DNA from: Campylobacterales bacterium
GTDB lineage: Bacteria; Campylobacterota; Campylobacteria; Campylobacterales; QNZT01
NCBI GenBank assembly: GCA_027023305.1
Contig: JALVVR010000048.1
Coordinates: forward strand, 150,907-214,906
Length of the DNA: 64,000 bases
Direction: 5' to 3'
Position numbers and translations under genes: made by a program. Shown piece by piece: positions 1 through 9,772 of this stretch. The notes beneath the pieces were generated by a model. That model was given only the letters and a program-made list of their open reading frames with translations, had not been told where the DNA came from and ran no database searches. Numbering within the stretch: the stretch's first letter is position 1; the number at the start of each line of letters is the position of its first letter.

Positions 1-2
1 AC

Positions 3-524
3 GATTACAGTGGAAAGAGTTTAAAAAGTGCAGTTTATGTAGTTTATGGACCTAGAGTTGAACTAGTTATAGCTGGGGATGATGTAAAACTATATAGGCT
101 GATTGATGGTGAGTTTAAGTTTATAAAAGTCATGAGACTAAACCAAGAAGGCAAGTTAAATGCTCCTGGGGGAACTCAACAACACTGGCCACCTCATCAC
201 AAAGAGATGATAGATGATATATTTAAAAGTGGTTATAGACTTAGATACTCTGGTGGAATGGTTCCAGATCTTCATCAGATTTTACTAAAAGGTGGTGGAC
301 TTTTTAGCTATCCAGCAACAACAGATGTACCAAATGGAAAGCTTAGGATGACTTTTGAAGTATTTCCTTTTGCTTTTGTATATGAAAAAGCTGCTGGAGA
401 AGCGATAGATGGGAAGAAAAGACTGCTTGATTTAACTCCAAAACATATTCATGATACTACACCTTGCTTTTTTGGCTCACTTGAAGAGATAAAACTAGTA
501 AAAGAAAGATATAATGGAAAGTAA
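3..524 (+). CDS. fbp: Fructose-1,6-bisphosphatase class 1, 5'-truncated by the window edge
   Basis: Frame is open from position 3 ([18 protein letters not shown]...); motifs [19 protein letters not shown] and [14 protein letters not shown]. Confidence 0.93.
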   Translation, partial: DYSGKSLKSAVYVVYGPRVELVIAGDDVKLYRLIDGEFKFIKVMRLNQEGKLNAPGGTQQHWPPHHKEMIDDIFKSGYRLRYSGGMVPDLHQILLKGGGLFSYPATTDVPNGKLRMTFEVFPFAFVYEKAAGEAIDGKKRLLDLTPKHIHDTTPCFFGSLEEIKLVKERYNGK

Positions 525-717
525 CCAAGAGGAATTAGATGAGTTTGAAAAGGACTTACAAGAGAAACTAAAACTTCTCCAAGAATGCCAAAAATCAAAT
601 AACTTGGATAGTTGTCTAAAATGTGATAAAATACTTGATTGCGAAACAAGAGAAACTTATATAAAGGCAGTTTACATGAGTATGAATAAAGGTGCAACAG
701 GAGGATTTGAGTTTTGA
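514..717 (+). CDS. Small conserved hypothetical protein with 4 Cys, C-terminus GGFEF
   Basis: Overlaps the fbp stop; C-x8-CxxC-x5-C pattern; resembles the small gene that follows fbp in Campylobacterota. Confidence 0.75.
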   Translation: MESNQEELDEFEKDLQEKLKLLQECQKSNNLDSCLKCDKILDCETRETYIKAVYMSMNKGATGGFEF

Positions 718-911
718 TAGGATTAAGATTTATATCAGGTATGCTAGTTGGGGCTCTTTTAACCTCTATCTACTACAACCCACAAAAAACAAAAGAAATA
801 GTAAATAAAGCAATAGACTTTATCTCAAAACAAAGTCAAGAGTTACCAAAGCATAAAGAACAGATAGAAAACACTTATCAAAAAGCCAAAGATTTACAGC
901 AAGGTTGGTAG
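714..911 (+). CDS. Small hypothetical protein with N-terminal hydrophobic helix (YtxH-like layout)
   Basis: TTG start overlaps the upstream TGA; GGAGG just upstream; FISGMLVGALL followed by a charged helical tail. Confidence 0.55.
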   Translation: MIGLRFISGMLVGALLTSIYYNPQKTKEIVNKAIDFISKQSQELPKHKEQIENTYQKAKDLQQGW

Positions 912-986
912 ATAACTTACCTCTAAAAGTTTTTAAGTAACTATGTACTAAAATAGGAACATATATCAATCAAAAGGCAAAACAAA

Positions 987-1916
987 ATGAGAGGTTACAA
1001 AGTATTTAGTGGTACTGCAAACGAAGAGTTTTCAAAGTCAGTAGCAAAGTATCTATCTATCCCACTTTCAGAGGCTACTATAAAGAGATTTAGTGATGGA
1101 GAGATAAGTGTTCAGATAAATGAAAGTGTAAGAGGAAAAGATGTTTTTATAGTTCAATCGACTTGTGCACCAGCAAATGCAAATCTTATGGAACTTCTTA
1201 TCATGACAGATGCTCTAAGACGTAGTTCAGCAAACTCTATCACAGCTATCATCCCTTACTTTGGATATGCTAGACAAGATAGAAAAGCAGCTCCAAGAGT
1301 TCCAATCACAGCAAAACTTGTTGCAAACTTGATAGAAACTGCAGGTATAGACAGAGTTGTTACTGTTGACCTTCATGCAGGACAAATCCAAGGATTTTTC
1401 AACATTCCAGTGGATAACCTTTATGGTTCAATAGTTTTTCAAGACTATATACAAAGAAAAAATCTTAAAAATCCTATCATAGCTAGTCCAGATATTGGTG
1501 GAGTTGCAAGGGCAAGAGCTTTTGCTAAAAACCTAAATCTAGACTTAGTAATAGTAGATAAAAGAAGAGAAAAAGCAAACGAATCAGAAGTTATGAATAT
1601 CATCGGAGATGTAGAAGGTAAAGATGTAATCTTGATAGATGACATGATTGATACAGCAGGAACTATGGTAAAAGCAGCAGCAGCCCTAAAAAATCAAGGT
1701 GCAACCTCTGTTATGGCATTTTGCACACACCCAGTTTTGAGTGGTCCAGCCTATGATAGGATAGAAAATGGCGAACTAGATGAACTTGTAGTAACAGACA
1801 CTATACCACTAGCAAAAGAGAGTGATAAAGTTAAAGTTCTTTCTATCTCTAAAGTATTTGCAGAAGTTATAAGAAGAATCTACCACAACGAAAGTGTAAA
1901 CGGACTGTTTGTTTAA
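987..1916 (+). CDS. prs: Ribose-phosphate pyrophosphokinase
   Basis: [28 protein letters not shown] and DDMIDTAGT motifs. Confidence 0.98.
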   Translation: MRGYKVFSGTANEEFSKSVAKYLSIPLSEATIKRFSDGEISVQINESVRGKDVFIVQSTCAPANANLMELLIMTDALRRSSANSITAIIPYFGYARQDRKAAPRVPITAKLVANLIETAGIDRVVTVDLHAGQIQGFFNIPVDNLYGSIVFQDYIQRKNLKNPIIASPDIGGVARARAFAKNLNLDLVIVDKRREKANESEVMNIIGDVEGKDVILIDDMIDTAGTMVKAAAALKNQGATSVMAFCTHPVLSGPAYDRIENGELDELVVTDTIPLAKESDKVKVLSISKVFAEVIRRIYHNESVNGLFV

Positions 1917-3709
1917 TGCAAAACAAGATTAGAAACTTCTCTATAATCGCCCATATAGACCATGGAAAAAGTACCCTAGCAGATAGACTTATCCAAGAGT
2001 GTGGAGCTATCACTGAGAGAGAGATGAGTAGCCAAGTGATGGACACTATGGATATAGAAAAAGAGAGAGGTATCACTATAAAAGCCCAAAGTGTTAGGCT
2101 AAAGTATGAGAAAGATGGGGAAATTTACACTCTAAACCTTATAGACACACCAGGTCATGTTGATTTTTCTTATGAAGTAAGTAGAAGTTTAGCTTCAAGT
2201 GAAGGAGCTCTGTTGATAGTAGATGCTTCTCAGGGAGTAGAAGCTCAAACCATCGCAAATGTATATATAGCACTTGACAATGACTTAGAACTAATCCCCG
2301 TAATAAACAAAATCGACCTTCCAGCAGCCGACCCAGATCGAGTAAAAGAAGAGATTGAAACAACTATCGGACTTGACTGCACTGACTCCATAGAAACTAG
2401 TGCAAAAGCAGGTATCGGAATAAAAGAGCTTCTTGATACCATAGTTGACAGAATACCAGCTCCTGCTGGAGATGAAAAAGCCCCTACAAAAGCTCTTATC
2501 TATGATAGTTGGTTTGATAGTTATTTAGGCTCTTTAGCACTTGTTAGAGTTTTTGATGGAGAGATAAAAAAAGGTCAAGAAGTTCTTGTCATGGGAACTA
2601 AAAACAAACATGAAGTTTTATCTCTTACATATCCACATCCCATAAAAGCAGTACCTACAAAGTCTATTAAAACTGGAGAGATAGGTATAGTTTCTTTAGG
2701 ACTTAAAACAGTTGGAGATTTGCAAGTTGGAGATACTATAACAGATGCTAAAAATCCTACTAAAAATCAGATAGATGGTTTTGAAGAAGCTAAAAGTTTT
2801 GTATTTGCAGGTATATATCCTATTGAAACTGATAAGTTTGAAGACTTAAGAGATGCCCTAGATAAACTAAGACTAAATGATGCTTCCCTAACCTATGAAC
2901 CAGAAACTTCAACAGCACTAGGATTTGGTTTTAGAGTCGGTTTTTTAGGTATGCTTCATATGGAAGTTATAAAAGAGAGGTTAGAGAGAGAGTTTAACTT
3001 AGACTTGATAGCAACTGCACCAACAGTTATCTACAAAGTCATAAAAACTGACGGTGAAGAGATAGAGATACACAACCCAAGCGAACTACCCCCAGTAAAT
3101 GAGATGGACAAAATACTCGAACCCTATGTAAAAGCTACTATCCTAACTCCAACTGAGTTTTTAGGAAATATCATAACCTTAGTAAATGACAAAAGAGGTA
3201 TCCAAACAAAGATGGATTATATCACCCCTGAGCGAGTTTTACTAGAGTATGATATCCCTATGAATGAAATAGTAATGGACTTTTATGACAAACTAAAATC
3301 AGTTTCAAAAGGTTATGCTTCATTTGACTATGATCAAAGTGGATATAGAGAGGGAGACTTGGTAAAGCTAGATATCAGAGTTGCTGGAGAAGTTGTAGAT
3401 GCTCTCTCTATCATAGTTCCAAACTCTAAAGCTCTATCAAAAGGTAGAGAGTTTGTAAAAGCTATGAAAGAGTTAGTTCCAAGACAACTTTTTGAAGTAG
3501 CCATCCAAGCAAGTATAGGAAATAAAGTCATATCTCGTGAAACTGTAAAATCGATGGGTAAAAATGTTACTGCAAAGTGTTATGGTGGAGATATAACAAG
3601 AAAAAGAAAACTTCTTGAGAAACAAAAAGCAGGTAAAAAGAGAATGAAAGCTATCGGAAAAGTACAACTTCCCCAAGAAGCTTTCTTAACAGTTCTAAAG
3701 ATAGATTAG
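1916..3709 (+). CDS. lepA: Elongation factor 4 (LepA)
   Basis: [28 protein letters not shown]-terminal [18 protein letters not shown]. Confidence 0.99.
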   Translation: MQNKIRNFSIIAHIDHGKSTLADRLIQECGAITEREMSSQVMDTMDIEKERGITIKAQSVRLKYEKDGEIYTLNLIDTPGHVDFSYEVSRSLASSEGALLIVDASQGVEAQTIANVYIALDNDLELIPVINKIDLPAADPDRVKEEIETTIGLDCTDSIETSAKAGIGIKELLDTIVDRIPAPAGDEKAPTKALIYDSWFDSYLGSLALVRVFDGEIKKGQEVLVMGTKNKHEVLSLTYPHPIKAVPTKSIKTGEIGIVSLGLKTVGDLQVGDTITDAKNPTKNQIDGFEEAKSFVFAGIYPIETDKFEDLRDALDKLRLNDASLTYEPETSTALGFGFRVGFLGMLHMEVIKERLEREFNLDLIATAPTVIYKVIKTDGEEIEIHNPSELPPVNEMDKILEPYVKATILTPTEFLGNIITLVNDKRGIQTKMDYITPERVLLEYDIPMNEIVMDFYDKLKSVSKGYASFDYDQSGYREGDLVKLDIRVAGEVVDALSIIVPNSKALSKGREFVKAMKELVPRQLFEVAIQASIGNKVISRETVKSMGKNVTAKCYGGDITRKRKLLEKQKAGKKRMKAIGKVQLPQEAFLTVLKID

Positions 3710-3721
3710 TGGAGTAATAAA

Positions 3722-4324
3722 ATGTACGATGTAGTAATTATAGGTGGAGGAGCAGCTGGTGTTGGATGTGGAATAACTTTAGCATCAGCAAATGGAAAAT
3801 TTGAATGGGCAAAAAACAAAAGATACCTAATCCTAGATGCAAATGAAAGTGATTTAGAAAAAGCATCCCTATATAATGTACCTGTATTTGACTATGGTAT
3901 AAGTGGTGAAAATGCTATAAAACAGATGAAAGACCATCTATCTTTTTTTCCATCTATCGAATTTAAAGATGACCATGTCTTATCCATAACTGGTGGAAGA
4001 GGTGATTTTACTATACATACTTCATCAGCCAACTATAAAGCTGATATCATTGTACTTGCAACGGGTATGCACAAGTTTGATATAGAAGGTTTAGATGTAG
4101 AGATAACTACTCATGACAAAGTTATGAAACCTGGTAAAATCAAGATAGAACATATAAATAACCGTGTAACTGATGGGATATATGTAGCTGGACTTGCAAG
4201 TGGTGTAAAAACTATGTACCTGATAGCTGCTGGTGATGGAACTAAAGTAGCTTGTGATATATTTGAAGAGTGGACAGGTAAGCTTGCAGTAAGTCATGAC
4301 TCCGTAAAAGATGCAATCTGTTGA
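3722..4324 (+). CDS. Short FAD-dependent oxidoreductase (thioredoxin-reductase-like FAD domain only)
   Basis: DVVIIGGGAAG Rossmann motif, IVLATG, GIYVAG and AAGDG; only 200 aa. Confidence 0.8.
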   Translation: MYDVVIIGGGAAGVGCGITLASANGKFEWAKNKRYLILDANESDLEKASLYNVPVFDYGISGENAIKQMKDHLSFFPSIEFKDDHVLSITGGRGDFTIHTSSANYKADIIVLATGMHKFDIEGLDVEITTHDKVMKPGKIKIEHINNRVTDGIYVAGLASGVKTMYLIAAGDGTKVACDIFEEWTGKLAVSHDSVKDAIC

Positions 4325-4367
4325 TTTTTGAAACATTGTTTAATCTAAAACTATAAATTTATAAAAA

Positions 4368-4397
4368 AAAGTTAAAGTTTTTTTAATCTTTAACTTT
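4368..4397. repeat. 10-bp inverted repeat AAAGTTAAAG-N10-CTTTAACTTT (weak terminator or operator)
   Basis: Seen in the intergenic gap just upstream of a TGnTACAAT -10 element. Confidence 0.45.
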
Positions 4398-4416
4398 AAT
4401 CTGCTACAATTTCCTT

Positions 4417-5187
4417 ATGAAAACTTTACTTATACTTTTATTTTTGCCTTTATTATTGTTAGCAGAAGAAAATCCTTTCGAGAAAAAACTTCCTTTTAAA
4501 GAAGCTATTATTGAGTATTCATTAGCTGGAAATCAAAAGGGAGTTGAAACTCTATATATAAAAGATTTTGGGAGACAAAAAGTTCTTTACACAAATACAA
4601 ACTCAAAAATCATCTCAAAAGATAAAGAACAACTAAGAGTCATGACACCAAAATGGATATATAGTATTGATAAAAACTCTGATATTGCTAATAGAATTCC
4701 AAATTTAAACTATCTTTTATATATAAGATATCAAGAGCTTACTAAAGCAGAACAAGAAAAGGTTTTAAAAAATTTAAAAACTATAAACTATCTACCTATC
4801 CAAGGAAGTAGATTTAAGATAGAAAAAAACTTTACTAAGATAAACAATATCTCATGCAATCAACTTATACAAAAGTCTAAAAAAAAATGCTATGGATATG
4901 ATGGTTCTCTTCTTTTAAAATCAGAGATAAAGTTTTTAGGATTTAACAAATCAAAGATTCTTACAAATATCTTTGAAACCAAAGTTGATCCTGCCCTTTT
5001 TAATTTAAAAGATTATGAGATAAAAGACAACAAGATAAAAAGTGTTCAAGAGTATGAAAAATCAAAAAAGATAATAGACTTTCTAAAAAGAAATATCAAC
5101 AAAAAAACTATATTTGTAAAAACAAAAAACTCTCATGATTATAACCAAGACATACAAGAAGGAATAAAAGCTTTAAAGAAAATATAA
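4417..5187 (+). CDS. Exported hypothetical protein
   Basis: Signal-peptide-like N-terminus MKTLLILLFLPLLLLA-E; 256-aa ORF. Confidence 0.75.
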   Translation: MKTLLILLFLPLLLLAEENPFEKKLPFKEAIIEYSLAGNQKGVETLYIKDFGRQKVLYTNTNSKIISKDKEQLRVMTPKWIYSIDKNSDIANRIPNLNYLLYIRYQELTKAEQEKVLKNLKTINYLPIQGSRFKIEKNFTKINNISCNQLIQKSKKKCYGYDGSLLLKSEIKFLGFNKSKILTNIFETKVDPALFNLKDYEIKDNKIKSVQEYEKSKKIIDFLKRNINKKTIFVKTKNSHDYNQDIQEGIKALKKI

Positions 5188-5191
5188 AAAG

Positions 5192-5224
5192 TTTTAAGTA
5201 AAGACTCTCGGTCTTTACTTAAAA
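5192..5224. terminator. Bidirectional intrinsic terminator between convergent genes
   Basis: Perfect 14-bp stem TTTTAAGTAAAGAC-TCTCG-GTCTTTACTTAAAA with a T-run after it on the minus strand. Confidence 0.8.
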
Positions 5225-5262
5225 GAAATTAGGAAAAAGGAAAGGAAAAGGTTCCTCAATTA

Positions 5263-5357
5263 CTTGAGGATCTCTATCTATAATAAGGGCACATCTAAAA
5301 GCTATGAGCTATGTATAGCTTTTAGATGTGCCCTCCGTATAGATACAAATCCTCAAG
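5263..5357. repeat. 95-nt nested inverted repeat (9+8+20-bp stems, two 3x3 internal loops); possible MITE/IS-end remnant or structured RNA
   Basis: CTTGAGGAT/ATCCTCAAG, TATCTATA/TATAGATA and AGGGCACATCTAAAAGCTAT/ATAGCTTTTAGATGTGCCCT. Confidence 0.85.
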
Positions 5358-5381
5358 CAAAGAGTGTTCCAACTTTAAAAA

Positions 5382-7361
5382 TTAGTACATAGAATCAAAG
5401 ATTACTTTAGCAAAACTATCCATTTGTAACTTTTTCTTTAACTCTATATTAGAATTTGCTTTACTAAACATAGCCTTACTTGATGCAATAGCAAAATCAC
5501 TTTTTGAACTTTGTAAGTTTTTGCCACTCACAACAAGTTTATACTCTCCTACTGGAAGATTATCAACCTCTATTTGTTCTGTATTATCTACATGATTCTC
5601 ACCTTTTGTGATATTTAAGCCACTTAAAACATAAGGATAATATTTATCGCCACTCTCTGTATTTACCAAATAACAATCTATATCATTTACCAATGTCCTA
5701 CCACCTGCACTATTTCCAGCTATATCAACCCAACTAATAGTAACTTTAAACTTTCCACTTGATTGTTTATAAAAACTATACTCCTTAACACCACCTCTAG
5801 CTATACTATCCATCTTTACTTTTTGTAAATCTTCATCTATCGTTTTTACTACATCCACTGCCTTTTTGGCATCTATCATCCCAAAACCTGCATATATATC
5901 AGGTCCACTACTTCCTTTATCAACTGCTGTATTTAACAAAACAGCTTTTAAAAGATCTACTCTCATATCACACCCACCATTTCCACACTCTGTCAAGTTT
6001 TTATACTCTTGCATAACCAAAGTTGCAAGTCCAAGTGCTGCAGGAGTAGCCATAGATGTCCCACTCATATAAGCATAACCTCCATCACTTGATGTAGAAT
6101 ATATACTACTTCCACCTACACTCAAATCAGGCTTTATTCTTCCATCATTTGTAGGTCCACTACTACTATAGTAAGCTACATCACTTGAGTTACTGTTCAA
6201 TGCTCCAACAGTTATAATGTTTTTTGCATTTGCTGCACCTTTAATAATCCCAGTATCTGCATATCCACTTCTTCCTCTATCATTTCCTGCTGCTACAAAC
6301 ATAGTGATATATGGATTATTATAAATAACACTATCTTCACTACTAGCATCACTATTATAACTACCCAAATCAGCCCTATCAGTAAATCCATAAGAGTGGT
6401 TTGATACTAAGATTTTATCTTTATTGTATAAACTATTTAAAGCACTAGCAAAATATGCATCTTGATAACTGTAATTATAAATAATTGCTTCATTTGCCAT
6501 ACCTCTAGCATAACTATCAACTCCTTTTGCAGCTATGATCCCTGCTACATGAGTAGTATGTAAAGATAGTGAACCTTTACCCACCCTATTTTTTACTCTA
6601 CTTACTGCTCCCTCTTTGAATTCAACATGATCTCTCTTTGCTTGACCTTCATCTACTATCCCAACTTTTATATTTGAACCATCAAGTCCTCCACTCCAAG
6701 CTTCTGTTGCATTTGTACTTCTTGCTGTATATATATCATCACTACTTATTTTTTTTGAAAACGGCTTTATCAAACCTATATCATGATACTTTGAGATATA
6801 TTTTACAACACTTAGATTTGCCAAAGTTTCTATATCTATTCCAGCTATATTTAACTCTACTATATTAAAATCATTGCTAACTTTTATTTTTGATGCATCT
6901 ATTCCACTATTTAAAAGTATTGTTTTAAATTCACTCTCATTTAGTGATTTTAAAAGCTCAACTTTAACTCTAATCACATCATTTAATGCTACATTTTTTA
7001 AATCATTTGATATTTTATATTTAAAATCTAACAGTGCAACACCATCTAAATCCTTAATACTATCTAGTAAAGTATCTATATCATTTCTACTACTTAATAG
7101 ATAAAAACTATTTTCACCACTATAAGTAACACTCTTTGCCCCTAACTTATACAAAGTATCCTTTTGTACTCTATTCAAAGGTTTGTAAGTTTTCACTACT
7201 ACTGTTATATCCTTATCTTCACTATCTAAAGACTCTAGTGCATGAAGTGATAACTTCTTGCTAAACTCTACCCTCTTGCCACCAAGTTCCAAATCACTAG
7301 CATGAGATAATCCACTCAGTATTGCAGTACTTAAAGCTACACTTAAAATTGACCTTTTCAT
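5382..7361 (-). CDS. Secreted S8 (subtilisin-like) serine peptidase with C-terminal beta domain
   Basis: Signal peptide; catalytic triad motifs VGIVDEG, HTTHVAGII and SGTSMATP; AAGN oxyanion motif; DGRIKPDL. Confidence 0.95.
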   Translation of the reverse strand: MKRSILSVALSTAILSGLSHASDLELGGKRVEFSKKLSLHALESLDSEDKDITVVVKTYKPLNRVQKDTLYKLGAKSVTYSGENSFYLLSSRNDIDTLLDSIKDLDGVALLDFKYKISNDLKNVALNDVIRVKVELLKSLNESEFKTILLNSGIDASKIKVSNDFNIVELNIAGIDIETLANLSVVKYISKYHDIGLIKPFSKKISSDDIYTARSTNATEAWSGGLDGSNIKVGIVDEGQAKRDHVEFKEGAVSRVKNRVGKGSLSLHTTHVAGIIAAKGVDSYARGMANEAIIYNYSYQDAYFASALNSLYNKDKILVSNHSYGFTDRADLGSYNSDASSEDSVIYNNPYITMFVAAGNDRGRSGYADTGIIKGAANAKNIITVGALNSNSSDVAYYSSSGPTNDGRIKPDLSVGGSSIYSTSSDGGYAYMSGTSMATPAALGLATLVMQEYKNLTECGNGGCDMRVDLLKAVLLNTAVDKGSSGPDIYAGFGMIDAKKAVDVVKTIDEDLQKVKMDSIARGGVKEYSFYKQSSGKFKVTISWVDIAGNSAGGRTLVNDIDCYLVNTESGDKYYPYVLSGLNITKGENHVDNTEQIEVDNLPVGEYKLVVSGKNLQSSKSDFAIASSKAMFSKANSNIELKKKLQMDSFAKVIFDSMY

Positions 7362-7558
7362 TTTTCTTCCTTTATTTTCCTAATTTTTCTTTCCCTTGTA
7401 AACTAATTCGGTCAATTTTGGCTTAACAGTACAATTTTTCTTTACTTTTGTAGTTTTTTTTGCTTTTGTAAATATTTTTTTACTAAAGGTAACAAATAAT
7501 TAACTTGTAGGATATTAATCACTTATTTTGTATAATCAATAAAAAGATAAAGGCAATC

Positions 7559-8521
7559 ATGAGAGTTTTAACAGGAATCCAATCATCAGGAACTTTACAT
7601 ATAGGAAACTACTTTGGAGCTATCAAACAAATGATGGAGCTTCAAAACAGTAGTGATTTATATATTTTCATAGCAAACTACCACTCACTAAGTTCACTTA
7701 AAGATGCAGATGCAGTTAGGAAAAACACTATTGATGCAGCTATCACTTATCTCTCCCTTGGAATAGATCCAAACAAAGTAACTATGTGGGTACAGTCAGA
7801 TGTAAAAGAAGTATTAGAGCTTTACTGGATACTCTCAGCATATACTCCAATGGGGCTGTTAGAGAGAGCTCATAGCTATAAAGATAAAGTAGCAAAAGGT
7901 ATAGGAGCAAATCATGCTCTATTTTCATATCCAGTTTTAATGGCAGCAGATATACTATTGTATGATGCGAACATAGTTCCAGTTGGGAAAGATCAAATCC
8001 AACATGTAGAAATAACAAGAGATATAGCAGTAAAGTTTAACAATGAGCATGGAGATGTTTTAACTATGCCAGAGTTCAAGATAGATGAGACCGTAGCAAC
8101 AGTTCCAGGAACAGATGGTGCTAAGATGAGTAAGAGTTATGGAAATACTATAGATATATTTTGTACTCCAAAACAACTTAAAAAACAAGTTGGAAAGATT
8201 GTAACTGAGGCTGTTAGCCTAGAAGAACCAAAAGAGTGGAAAGATTGTAATGTTTACAACCTATGCAAACTCTTTTTAGATGAAGATGGACAAAAAGAGT
8301 TACAACAAAGATATAAAAAAGGTGGAGAGGGACATGGGCATTTTAAAATGTACCTAGCTGACTTGATTACTGATGAGTTTAAAGAGGCAAGTGAAAAAAA
8401 AGAGTACTATGAAAACCACTTAGATGAAGTAAAAGAGATACTAGCTTTTGGGGCTGAGAAAGCAAGAAAAAATGCAAGTAAAAAGATGGAAATAATAAGA
8501 GAGAAGGTAGGTATATTATAA
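7559..8521 (+). CDS. trpS: Tryptophan--tRNA ligase
   Basis: TGIQSSG, HIGNY, VPVGKDQ and KMSKS. Confidence 0.98.
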   Translation: MRVLTGIQSSGTLHIGNYFGAIKQMMELQNSSDLYIFIANYHSLSSLKDADAVRKNTIDAAITYLSLGIDPNKVTMWVQSDVKEVLELYWILSAYTPMGLLERAHSYKDKVAKGIGANHALFSYPVLMAADILLYDANIVPVGKDQIQHVEITRDIAVKFNNEHGDVLTMPEFKIDETVATVPGTDGAKMSKSYGNTIDIFCTPKQLKKQVGKIVTEAVSLEEPKEWKDCNVYNLCKLFLDEDGQKELQQRYKKGGEGHGHFKMYLADLITDEFKEASEKKEYYENHLDEVKEILAFGAEKARKNASKKMEIIREKVGIL

Positions 8522-9769
8522 ATGATAGATTTAAAACTGCTAGAGAAAGATTTTGAAAATACAGCAAATAAACTAAAAAAGAAAAAAGTTGATGAAGAGC
8601 TTTTAGCCACTTTAAAAGATGAGTTCTCACTACTAAAATCAAAAAAAGCTAATCTTGAAGAACTCCAAGCAGAGCAAAACAAAAAAAGTAAACTCTTTCC
8701 ACAGTACAAAAAAGAGGGAAAAGATATAGGAGAGTTAAAAAAAGAGTTAGAAGAAAATAAAAAGAAAATTCAAGAAGCTACAGAGATAGTTAGAGTTGTT
8801 GAAGAAAAACTTCAAAACATCGCTTTAAATATCCCAAATCTTCCAGATGACAAAGTTCCTGAAGGTGAAGATGAAGAGGATAATATAGAGATTAAAAAAG
8901 TTGGTTCTCTTCCAAACTTTGACTTCACTCCAAAAGAACACTGGGATTTAGATAGTGAACAAAACATCATAGACTTCAAAAGAGGAGTTAAGTTAGCAAA
9001 GAGTAGATTTTCAGTTTTAAAAGGTATTGGTGCAAAACTAGAGAGAGCTTTAATAAACTATATGCTTGATTTTAACAGACAAAGAGGTTTTGAAGAAGTT
9101 GTAGTTCCATATATAGTAAACAAAGAAACTCTTCAAGGAACTGGACAACTTCCAAAATTTGCTGACGATTTGTTTAAAATAGAAGATGAAGAACTCTATC
9201 TTATCCCAACTGCAGAAGTGCCAGTAACAAACCTTTTTAGAGATGAAATACTAAGTAGCGATGAACTACCTATCTCTCTCACAGCATACTCAGCTTGTTT
9301 TAGAAAAGAAGCTGGAAGTGCAGGAAGAGATACGAGAGGAATGATAAGACAACATCAGTTTGATAAAGTAGAACTTGTTTGTATAACAAAACCAGAGCAA
9401 AGTGATGAAGTATTTGACAAAATGGTATCTTGTGCAAGTGATCTTTTAACCTCTTTAGGACTTCCTCATAGATTAGTAGAGCTTTGTGGAGGGGATTTGG
9501 GATTTAGTGCTGCTAAAACTATCGACTTAGAAGTATGGCTACCTGGACAAAAGAGATATAGAGAGATAAGCTCTATATCAAACACTAGAGATTTTCAAGC
9601 TCGTCGAGCAAAGATAAGATATAAAGATGGCAAGAAAAACATACTTGCTAATACACTAAATGGCTCATCTTTAGCAGTTGGTAGAACTCTAATAGCTATC
9701 ATGGAAAACTATCAAAAAGAGGATGGTAGCTTTGAAATACCTCAAGTTTTGAAAAAATACATGGAATAA
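8522..9769 (+). CDS. serS: Serine--tRNA ligase
   Basis: N-terminal coiled coil; [29 protein letters not shown] and [10 protein letters not shown]. Confidence 0.98.
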   Translation: MIDLKLLEKDFENTANKLKKKKVDEELLATLKDEFSLLKSKKANLEELQAEQNKKSKLFPQYKKEGKDIGELKKELEENKKKIQEATEIVRVVEEKLQNIALNIPNLPDDKVPEGEDEEDNIEIKKVGSLPNFDFTPKEHWDLDSEQNIIDFKRGVKLAKSRFSVLKGIGAKLERALINYMLDFNRQRGFEEVVVPYIVNKETLQGTGQLPKFADDLFKIEDEELYLIPTAEVPVTNLFRDEILSSDELPISLTAYSACFRKEAGSAGRDTRGMIRQHQFDKVELVCITKPEQSDEVFDKMVSCASDLLTSLGLPHRLVELCGGDLGFSAAKTIDLEVWLPGQKRYREISSISNTRDFQARRAKIRYKDGKKNILANTLNGSSLAVGRTLIAIMENYQKEDGSFEIPQVLKKYME

Positions 9770-9772
9770 CAT

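Noticed and set aside
5263-5357. CRISPR repeat or attC site
   Set aside because: Single palindrome with no repeat-spacer periodicity, no cas genes and no R-box AAC/GTT ends
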